Shown one piece after another: positions 1-11,186 of a stretch of 64,000 nucleotides of DNA. Where the stretch lies: assembly GCA_012295275.1 (NCBI GenBank), contig CM022670.1, forward strand, positions 33,480,001-33,544,000, read 5' to 3'. The DNA comes from Chrysomallon squamiferum (lineage: Eukaryota; Animalia; Mollusca). The number at the start of each line of letters is the position of its first letter. Position 1 is the stretch's first letter. The notes beneath the pieces are model-generated. The model had not been told where the DNA came from. It did no database searches and saw only the letters and a list, made by a program, of their open reading frames with translations. Made by a program: the position numbers and the translations under genes.

Positions 1-164
1 TTTTTAAAAGAATAGTAAAATCTTTATACCGCTGGTACCGTTACAGACATTACAGACAGCATATAAATAATATAAACAAGAATACTTCTCCTGTAATATG
101 ACAGAATCGAAGTTTTCAGTTGAAAGTGAGATACGTCTACAACATGGTTTGAATACTGTCTTAC

Positions 165-341
165 GCTGGCAAGTCATCGTGGGTAACTCCCATACACCAG
201 TTTTCTTGGAACAGTTTGCTTGAGGATTTCCCTCCCAGTAAACGTAACCAGATTTACAAGCATATGTGACTTCCATTCCGTCCGCCGACCTTTTTATCAC
301 TTCAGCGCCGAAAAGCTCGGGCGTCGTTTTACATTCATTTG
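165..341 (-). CDS. Gene A CCP/sushi domain exon
   Basis: 177 nt: NECKTTPELFGAEV...YACKSGY...[18 protein letters not shown], with four Cys and the conserved Trp. Same length as the gene B CCP exon at 17222-17398. Confidence 0.88.
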
Positions 342-1546
342 CTGCTCATGTAAAAATTAACTGACTGCAGCTCAGTTGAAGAAATTAGCTATATTTACAT
401 ACACAGACAAACACATACGCACGCATGCACACTCACACACAGACAGACAGACACACACACACAATATGCCCATTGTGTGTTATGAAATAAATTAATTTCT
501 GTAATGGTAGTGGTATATAAATACGAATAAGTAAAATAATATATTTATTTATTTAGAAATGAAGACAAATATTAATAAATCCAGTATACTTTTCCTATCT
601 CGTTAGATAATGTTAAATAAATAAATAAACTTTCTTTGTTTAACGAACAATAAATCAACAAACACAAACAAACATACACACACACGTGCAGAGAAACAGA
701 AATACATATCAGTCTATATTTTGCCGACGTTTTCGAAATATTAAACCATTATCATGATTATAATTTGATGAAAATCGGCTTCATGCCAAATCTAAAAACA
801 ATAAATTTTCAGAGATATGGTTTGATCTCAAAAAGATTATTTAATTATTAATGTTGGTTTATTTATTAATTTATTTCTTCATTTGACCAAAACTTAAAAT
901 AAATGAATAAATTTAATAAAATAAATGCAGACCTTCGCATCCGTTTCCGTTATTGGTAAATCCATCTTTACACTGACAGACAAATGAGCCTGCGGTGTTT
1001 GAACAGAAAGATGTTTCATCATCACAGTCAGCAATTCCCATTGCACATTCATCTTTGTCTGCAAGTATATAATTTTTAGCATTTTAAAATATTGCTATAA
1101 TATATATTGGTATGTGCTGTATAATGCCATGCGAAACTAAGACATTTTTTTTTTTTTTGTCTGAATTTGTTAATAATAAAATTATAATGGTAACGAAGTA
1201 ACAATTCAACAAGTGAACTGAAAATTCTTAATCCATTTTAATTTTGCTGCATAACTAAATAACAATTCTATACATGAACTGTAAATTATTCAGTCGCTCC
1301 AATGTTATGTTGTAACAACATTTTGTTTTTGTTAGAGATAAATAAATAGTTAAAACGAAAAAAGATTCCTTTACCTGAACAGCCTTTTCCATTGTCTGTA
1401 TATCCCTGTTTGCACTGACAGGTAAAAGATCCAGCTGTATTTAAACAGGTAGATGTCTTCTCATCACAGCTGTCAGTTCTTAAACTGCACTCATCCACAT
1501 CTTCAACGACGACATATAATATACATATATTAGCGTAATGCTGTGT

Positions 1547-1623
<77 letters not shown>

Positions 1624-4600
1624 ATTAAATATGTAACAATGATAAATAAATAATTCCATACATGAATTGTAAATTTTCAATCCCACTCAATTTTTATTAT
1701 GTTGTAAAAAAGATAATTACTGTGTAATAATTTTCTTTATCTTTTGTAAATAAATAAATAAATAAAACTACATATTTACAACGAATGAAGATTCATTTTA
1801 CCTGAACAACCTTTTCCATTGTCGGTATATCCCTGTTTGCACTGACAGGTAAAAGATCCAGCTGTATTTAAACAGGTAGATGTCTTCTCATCACAGTCAT
1901 CAGTTCTTAAACTGCACTCATCCACATCTTCAATGAAGACTTAATTTATATATCAACTGAAAATCGCTGGATTTATGTTTGAAATGCATAATCACTAAAT
2001 AACAATTCTATACATGTACTATAAATTCCCAAACACCCTTCAGTTTTTCTACATTGTTAAAAATTTACTTAATAAGATGATAATATCGTCTTTGTTAGTT
2101 TATCATAGATAAACGCAATATCTCTACATGTCGTTCCGTTTTTAACAAATCCATCTTTACAGTAACATTTGTAAGATCCAATCGTGTTTGAGCAATATGA
2201 TGTTTCACTGCAGTTGTGAGTTCCCAGGCTGCACTCATCTTTATCTGTTATATCAGAGATACAAAATAAATTTATTTCTACAGTTTAACTTATGTGTTGA
2301 AAACAACGATAATGTTAGAAAAGGCATTTAAACTTAAGTTTTATATTAGCTTGTTTTGACAATTTTAAACGTTTTCGCAGTTACATTTGCCTAATAGTCC
2401 TATGTTGGCAGATTTAAGATTAACACCACTGTAAGCTGCCATTTATTGTAACTCTGTATAACAATAGTATGTATACAAAGTATTTTTGCTTGGTCTCTTA
2501 GTGATCACGGACTGAAAAAAAAACAAAAAAAAACAAAACGCACTAAAGTTTAACACCTCATATTTACAAAACTGTTTGCAATATTCATTTTGTTATTGAC
2601 CGTTATCTGTCGAAATTTCAGTTTACTGTCTGCTGCAGTTTTTACATTAGGACAAAATCAAAATTTTATACTGAAAAGAAACTGTTCGAAAACACATGCG
2701 CATCCTGTCAGTGAGTACATTGCAGTGACACCTGTCACTCAAGTGTCGTCTGGCTCGAATATTAAATTAATGTGTTTTTGAGTGCACGGCATTTTTTTTA
2801 ATTTTTTTAAATTTTTTTTATTTTTTACCCTTCTGATATAATTTTCAATATAGTTTAAATTCCATTTTACAGAAAAATGAATAATAAGAAGGAGTTAACA
2901 CTAGTTATAGTGTGTAAGTTAATTGCTAAGTAATATAAGACGAATTTGGCGACACATTTAAATTCGAAAAATATTAATGTTATACCTTCGTCATCGCAGT
3001 TCTTTCCGAAATATGCGCCTTTGCATTGACAGATATAAGAACCACCATCGACTGAACATTCACCTCCATTACTACAAGGACTGCTAGAACATGGATTCAC
3101 CAGTGCAGCAATGTCGGCTATTGGTAAAGTAAGTTAACTACTTCATAAAAAGTTTTTCTTAATATGAATTATGGGAAAAATGTGCCTCAAAAATAGGTAT
3201 TTAAAAATAATTTTGACTTAGGTCTTCTAAGAGAAAGTGTTTATAAAAGTAATTGGTGATGTAAAAATGACTAACTCATAATATTTCAGCTACGCAAACT
3301 TTAAAAAATATTCTGAAAAGTCTTAAATGATTTAAACTATCATCATTTATCTTCAGTATTTAAAATACAAAATTACAGTACATAACATTACCATGCGGAG
3401 AAGACAGTAAGACCAAATAATATGATACATACCTAAGTAATTTTAAAGCAAATATTATTCATTAATATTATAGGCATTTTTTAATAAAAATTAAATTATT
3501 ATTATTATTATTATTATTTTTGAAGTTACTGAGAAAGATAACTAAAAGGATAAATAGTTTTAAACAGGAAAACTTTGCAAAATTTCTACACACTGTAGAA
3601 CTGAGAAAATATTCAAGTACCTTTATGAAAATTATCTTCCAAATATTTGACACGTTTTAGAAGTTGTTCACTTGAAGTAGACGGTTTAAAGTTTGACAAA
3701 GAAACAGATATCCCGAACACGAATATAGAATCTTCTGTTTCAAAAAAAAAAAGAGGAGAATATTTATATATATTAACTGAAAGAGTTACTTAAAATATAT
3801 CTTACAAAACTGACAATATATAATATATTTAATTTTCTTCTTTTTTTCTGCTATTTGAAGCAATTCAGAAATGAATTAGAAAATAAAGATTTATTATTAT
3901 TATTTTTTAGACGGCTCACATCTTATATTATCTTAAAGTGCATTACAGAAACAGATTTACATTAATAAAGATTACTGCTAGACGATATAAAATTTTACAA
4001 CATAATTCTGTGTTTAAAATTTAACCTGATTCCTGTGGTTTAAAGTCATCTTCATGCTCTACCATTTCTACAGTGACTCCGTGGATCTTCATCAGCTTGT
4101 TTATATCTGATTCCAGTGTAGAACTGAACTCTTTTTCCCATTCAGGACTTAAACCCGATACAGCACTATGCAGCGAAGGATCATCTGAAACTAATAATAA
4201 TAATTATATCAACAACAATACCAATAATAATAATTATAATGATGATGATGATGACAATAAGTAGAAAATATATTTGTAACTGACCATTATGTAGTGTTAG
4301 CGCAACCTCTCGACTGTTGACTACCCTTTTCCATATATGTAACAACGGCGTCATCTGCTTCATCGCCATCATCATCCTCATGATCATCAGCAGCAACAAC
4401 ATAATAATGATGATGATAATAATAATAATAACAACAACAGTAGTAACAGTGATAACAGTAATAACAATTATAATGAATTTATCGTAGATGCAACAATGGT
4501 AAATAGAGAAACTTGAATCTTACTGGAAGAATCGTCAAATTTATGAAAGCTCTGAAGTCGTTTAACACGATGTTCCAAATCTTCGTTTTCTTTCGGCGGA

Positions 4601-4833
4601 GGTGCTATGTCTTTCAAAAATTTAGAAGACGCAGCATCTATTTCTATTGATTGTTGCACATCCATATCGCCAAACGGCGCGCTGAAGTCGAACTGTCTAT
4701 CACCGTTATTCTGAAAATTAAACTCCTCTTTAAATACACTGTCACCGGTAATTTGGAAATCAAAGTCATTCTCCCCGACAACTAATTTGTCATGAAGACA
4801 GCAAAGAAGAACAGCCAAAACATAGAAGAACAT
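165..4833 (-). CDS. Gene A: secreted EGF/cbEGF-array + CCP(sushi) protein, paralog of gene B; 3' end lies beyond the left edge of the window
   Basis: Exons on the minus strand, all joined in phase 1: 4833-4524 (signal peptide MFFYVLAVLLCCL, acidic region, [10 protein letters not shown]); 4184-4026 (LESDINKLMKIHGVTVEM); 3734-3621 ([16 protein letters not shown]); 3117-2986 (EGF NPCSSSPCSNGGEC); 2244-2122 (cbEGF, donor reads AT not GT); 1927-1802, 1500-1375 and 1058-933 (cbEGF D[VK]DEC..CxNTxGSFxCxC, 126 nt each); 341-165 (CCP, ...[10 protein letters not shown]). All junctions are AG/GT except one, and the exons match gene B in order and phase. Confidence 0.9.
933..3117 (-). CDS. Gene A EGF block: 1 EGF + 4 calcium-binding EGF exons
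   Basis: Six-Cys EGF spacing; D-x-D-E-C and C-x-N-x4-[FY]-x-C Ca-binding/hydroxylation consensus; one domain per symmetric phase-1 exon. Confidence 0.9.
4524..4833 (-). CDS. Gene A exon 1: signal peptide + acidic FDF/FNF region + RVKR
   Basis: ATG at 4833 preceded by an A-run; hydrophobic N-terminus; gtaag donor at 4523; 310 nt, phase 1, same as paralog exon 1. Confidence 0.88.
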
Positions 4834-5165
4834 TTTTTTTATTAGAGCGATTTGTTTTTCAGTAAACAGCAGCTTAGGATTAATTTACTGCAGTTACATT
4901 AACGAATCTTGTGTGTTCGTATTAAATATTTAACTTTTTTGTTTTGTTTTAAAATACCATGGTCTCTCCGCTATAATGCTGACAAACATATACACACGAG
5001 ACTTTATTTGTAAGAATATAGTTTACGGTTTGTGATCATTGGAGAATAACTCTAAGGTTTGCGTTTGCGTGCATACTCTAGATAATAGCTTGTGCAGATA
5101 AAAACGTGTTATTCAAAGCCTGTAATTACAAAGCTACTTGCAGTAATCTTTGTGCCAAGACAGTG

Positions 5166-5222
<57 letters not shown>

Positions 5223-5981
5223 AAGCAGGCAGACTGACACACCTAATCGAAACTGACTGCTTACATGATAACATGAACATGAAAAAAAAAAAAAAAAAAA
5301 ATTGATCCTTTATGACATGTTGATCGCATTGATCTGGTCATGTTAAATACTTTCGTCTTTTATCATTAAATAAAGATCACATTAGAATTCTTGGTAGCAT
5401 AATTCTAGATGGTAAGATTATTGGTTAGAAGTAGATTTAATGCGAGGTTGTTGCCCTCATATTAGTGTATTTATTTCGAAAAGCCTGATTTTTACGTTAA
5501 GCACTCGTCTGCACGCAAGCGATCTAGTTTATGGACAGCTCTCTGTATCAGTCTGCGTGTGCATCTGTAAATATATTTCTCTGCATTAATCTGAATGTTC
5601 ATTTCTCTCTCTATCAAAGTGTGTGCGATTGTGTATTTATGTGTATTTATTTTCTCTATATATTTACAAATATTTATTCTATGTTTACTCGTTATTTTTA
5701 TTATTATTTTTATTATTGTTACTTTAAACATAAAGAGTTATCATTTCCATCTCTGAATTATCTGTTTTCATTTTCTAAAATATTATCAATAGAATCATGG
5801 CTTTTTTGTTATCAACAACAAGCATCATATTACTTTAAAACAGAATGTTATCAACATGGTATTAATTTTATGGTGATAACATTGACAGATATTGTTGTTG
5901 TCTTTGAAAAACACGAAATTCACATGAAGTTGAGAATAAATAAAACACGAATACATATACATATTTTTTATTTCTACCAAA
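4834..5981. promoter_or_regulatory. Intergenic spacer of the head-to-head pair; candidate shared bidirectional promoter
   Basis: Only 1148 bp separate the two divergent ATGs; the spacer includes an (AG)n tract at ~5169-5217. Transcription start sites are not identifiable from sequence alone. Confidence 0.6.
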
Positions 5982-6360
5982 ATGTCTGTGTGGATATTGG
6001 TGTTTATTTTTGGTCTTAATGTGTACGTCTTTGGTGGCGCAGATTTCGACTTCCATGACAACGGCGACGATTCCTTTGACAATAACTTTAATTTCGAAGA
6101 CACGCAAAGTAGGTTCGACTTCGAAGACAATGAGGGAAGTAAGTTTGATTTCAAAGGCAGCGAGGGAAATAAGTTTGATTTCGGAATGCTAGAGGAAGAC
6201 CTTTTGAGTCACATCAAAGCTGAAACCCCGATAGAAGTCAATTCTCAGGTTATCGACAATTTGAACTTTTTAGAAAAAGGTCCGGATAAGAGCGAGGAAG
6301 ATGATTTGAAATTTCGTGTGAAACGTTTACAAAGTTTCCACAAAGACCTGGCATCGTCAG
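5982..6360 (+). CDS. Gene B exon 1: signal peptide + acidic FDF repeat + RVKR
   Basis: AAAATG start; [18 protein letters not shown] hydrophobic leader; CAG|gtaagt donor at 6361. Confidence 0.9.
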
Positions 6361-6649
6361 GTAAGTAATGTAGTTTTAATATTCTAGCCCAGAAATAAAA
6401 TTAATTAATTAATATTAAATAGAAGAGAGAAATATGTTCCTCTATAAAACAACAAATATGATATTATATGGCTATAAAATGATTTTGATAATTATGTTGA
6501 TAATACTTAAAATAATAATGATGGTGTTGGGAATTTGGTGATGATAATATTATCATTTATTGTCTTCTTTCTATCTTTACTATTATCATTATCATAATAT
6601 TGTACATCAATCTTGTTTTTGCTGTTGTTATTATTATTGTTGTGTTGTT

Positions 6650-6708
<59 letters not shown>

Positions 6709-7730
6709 CTTATATCCGAAACCATCAGTTACATTAAGGTAAGTTTACCATATCAGATTTCATGTTAAAAGATTCTGATTATTTACTTAATTTTCGACAT
6801 GATTATGCGTCTATCTGTCTGCTCTACCAGTCTTTATAATCTGTGCCAGTGACAAAACAAAAACAAAAAATATATATATATTAAAAATTATAATAATAAT
6901 AAATAAAAAGAAATAAAAATAAACAAAAGATACATACACAAACTCACTCTCACACACAGACTCGTTCATACATACATACAGTGACTTACGAGTTTAATTC
7001 GTTCCGTGACCGAGCTCGTATCTCAATTTGCTCGTATATCAAATCAATTTACCCAACTGAAATTAATTGAAATACCATTAATCCGTTCCAGCTCCCCCAA
7101 AACCACCCCAATGTTTTATAACGTGTTTTTAAATAAGGAAAATGTATTTATATATGACAAATATTGTATAAAAAAAAACTAAATAAAAGAGATTGTAAAG
7201 AAATAAATTGGTTTTGTTAAAGTGCTTCTGCGTTCAGTATGGTACATATCGTAGAATTACTTAGCCAAGTCGACTACATGCAAATCTCGCTCATGTTTTT
7301 CAAGCTTTAATTCAAAGGACATCATCCGCTTCTTCTTCTTCCTTGGCACTCATTTTCTTAGGATCCATTATCAGAAAAAAAGAAATTTGGCAAAATACTG
7401 TACAAACTCGAGCACATCACAGCAGAGACGCTTCCGCGGCAAGTAAACGTGAAGTAAACGAGTGAGACGCGGGATGCTGGCCGGATGTTATGTTGTTCGT
7501 TGCACCAATAACGGCGGCTTATCTGAAGCTCGCTCGTAACTCGGATTTTTAGCTCGCAACTCATGGCACAAAATCAAACAGGCGACTGCTCGTAAATCGA
7601 AAAACCCGTAAGTTTGGCACTCGTAAGTCGAGGAACCACTATATATATATATATATATATATGTACACAAAGACACACATACATACGTGCAAAAATATGC
7701 CAGTATGTTTATACAATTATAAATATATGC

Positions 7731-7770
<40 letters not shown>

Positions 7771-10205
7771 TGCAGATGGTCCCACATTTGGTGTGCCTAT
7801 AGCAGGTCTGGATTTTCAACCAGGAAAGTCATCAGCAGGTTCCGCACTGGAGTCAGACATAAATCAGCTAATGAAGAAACACGGAGTAACTGTAGAAATG
7901 ATCGAAGGCAAATCTGAAGAGGACACATCTGACTTCACAGACTTAGGTGGTAAGACAGATACATAAATACATAGAAACTTTTATACTTACATAGAAAACA
8001 CACACACACACTCACACACACACACACTCACACACACACTCTCACACACACACACACATACAAACATACAGATATACATACATATGTACATAACGTTGTC
8101 CGTCTTGCGAGTGCGGGCGAATGGGTGCCACACGTTCGAGTCTCGTCAGCGGCATCAGCGGAGTTTGTGAGATCGTGATTGAACTTTGTCCTTCTGTGCC
8201 AGTGCATCCCCAAATATTGTCTATGTGGAGAGTCTGATCAGACGTAAGAAACCAATCAAATCCTAACTACATGCATATCCATATACACATAATAATAATT
8301 ACCACAACAACGAAAACAACAACAAAAACACCACCAACAACAATAATAGTTTGAATGCGATCAATATGTGGTAATAATTTCTTAAATAGTATTTTAGAGT
8401 AACAATAATAACAATGATAATCAACATGATGATGATGATAATAATAAAGGTGATTGTGGTCAACAATAATAATGAATCTTTTTTGTACACTTTGTCTTTA
8501 TAAAAAGACGGGGTATTTGGAATGCCAGTGTTATTTAGTGACTCGAAGGAGGTAACTATTGAACAGCTTCTGAAGAGAGTTAAATATCTGGAGGATAACT
8601 TCCATAAAGGTATGTATAAAGTATGTTTGTGAATGAACGTGTGTGTATGTATCTGCAAGCTTTTGTTTGTTCATGCATTTGCAGTCAAATGTTTGTGTAA
8701 ATACCTACATGCAGTTGTTTCTACGTAAGTGCTTACGTTTATATTAATGACTTTATACGAAATGTATATACTTGTGTTCGTTAAAATATATTTGATTTAT
8801 CTACATTAAACTGTTTTGTAAGATTAAGATTTTAAAAATATAATTGTCTTTACAAAAAAATATATCTTTGAAAACTGATTTATTAAATCATAAATTTTGT
8901 TAGGATGACTAGTTTTAAATTTTTGTTTTGTTTTTGTATAAACAAATAATGCTGACATTACTTCTATTATTAACCTAAGCTTATTATTAGCGTGTTTTTC
9001 TATTTAAAAAAGAAAAAGACAAAATCATATTATCGTTTAAACCTCAAATAACCTCTGGCGGCACCTCAATTAATGACAAATATTGTTATTCCTAATAAAC
9101 TGAATACTCGATTCATCTTGCAATTTTCACAGAGGACATCGAAGGATCATCAGATCCGTGTTCTAGCAATCCCTGTAGAAACGGCGGAGATTGTTCCGTC
9201 GTAGACAAGTCATACACTTGTCATTGCGATGGGAATTTTTATGGAAAGAACTGTGAGAATCAAGGTAGGAATTTTTTAAATTGCGTTTTATATTTACCAT
9301 CTACATTGTCTAATTTTGACACTTCATTTGTTCCACAATATTTTATGCAGAGTAACAAATTTTGTGATTTTTTTTTTGTCTTGTTTTCAAATAATATTAT
9401 TCTTATTATGATTAAGAATTAGTATTAAAATATGTATAATCTTCTTTTCAGATGAAGACGAATGCAAAAAGGGAACTCATAACTGTGATAACACAACGTC
9501 AACTTGTTCAAATACAGTTGGATCTTTTATTTGTCAATGTAAAGAGGGATTTTTTGACAGCGAAAACGGGTGTTCAGGTATTTTTACTAATTCCATATTT
9601 CAAATAGGTAAAAATCCATAACAATTTTAGTAAGCATCTGAAATGGAAAAAAGAAATAATCCTGATTCAAATTATAGAGAAGAGTCAAATAAAAATATTG
9701 TAGCGAGAAAACATTCAAAAAATGAAATAATTGAAAGTTCTGGTACAGCCAAAATCCTGTTAAATGTTTCATTTCAGACTGCAAATGTGCCTACCTGAAA
9801 TATTTGTTTGACAAAGAGAAAACGTGTTATAGCTTTAGACAGAAGACTGCTTTTGCCATATATATCTAATACAGTGAAGTCTTTTTTTTCAGATGTAGAT
9901 GAATGCAGTGAGGGGACTCATAACTGTGATGACAAGACGTCAACATGTTTAAATAAAGTTGGATCTTTTACCTGTCTGTGCAGGGATGGATTTTTTGACA
10001 ATGGAAAGGGATGTTCAGGTACTTTAGTAATTCTATATTTCAAATTATCCAGCAGTTTAAATTAAAAATATTGTAGAGAGGAAATTCTTAACAAAAAAAA
10101 AAAAAAAAAAAAAAAATAAAATAAAATAAAATTTAAAAAAATAATTAAAATCATTAAAATGAAAAAAAATGAAAAAAAAAAAAAAAAAAAAAAAAATAAA
10201 AAAAA

Positions 10206-10260
<55 letters not shown>

Positions 10261-11129
10261 AAAATGAAAATACAAATAAAATAAAATAAAAAATGGTCAG
10301 GTATATCCAGCAAATTATCAAATGGTTTCATTTTAGACCGAAAAAACAGCAATCCAAATCAGCAGTTTTTACCATTGATATCTAATACAGTAATTTCATC
10401 TTTCAGATATAGATGAATGCAGCGAGGGGACTCATAACTGTGATGACAAGACGTCAACATGTTTAAATACAGTCGGGTCTTTTACTTGTCAGTGCAAGGA
10501 TGGATTTTTTGACAACGGAAAGGATGTTCAGGTATTTTTTAGTAAATTTATATTTCAAATTATCTAGTCGTAATTTAGCAAATTCAGATATTTGTTTGAC
10601 AAAGAAAAGACTAATTAATTTTTTAGACAGAAAACTACCACTGATATCTAATGCAGTTAATTTCATATTACAGATGTGGATGAATGCAGTGAAAGAACTC
10701 ATAACTGTGATGACACGACGTCTACCTGTTCAAACACCATTGGATCTTTTACCTGTCAGTGCAGAAAAGGATTTTTTGACAATGGAAAGGGATGCTCAGG
10801 TATTTTACTAAATCAGAATTTCAAATTATCCATTAAGAGGTGAGGATCTACAGAATTTAGGTTTATATAACTGAAAACGTAACAAAAAATAATTTAAAAT
10901 AACTCCTGATTTAATCTACAGAGGAAAGCCTAGACTGATGGAATAGTTTGAAGGAAGCTTTTCAAAGTAATTAAAATAAAACAAATGTTCACGGGCATTC
11001 GTTATATTTTCAAATTTAGTTTTTGAAAGCAAATGTGGTAAAATAACATATTATAATATACTGGGAAAATAGCAACATTTTTTATCATTAATAATCAGTT
11101 TGCCCAAACCACATGTATTTTTATTTATT

Positions 11130-11186
<57 letters not shown>

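Noticed and set aside
5492-6019. Long ORFs in the intergenic spacer (e.g. 5531-6019, 162 aa)
   Set aside because: Low-complexity Y/F/I-rich translation of AT-rich DNA with no domain or splice support; out of frame with the real exon 1.
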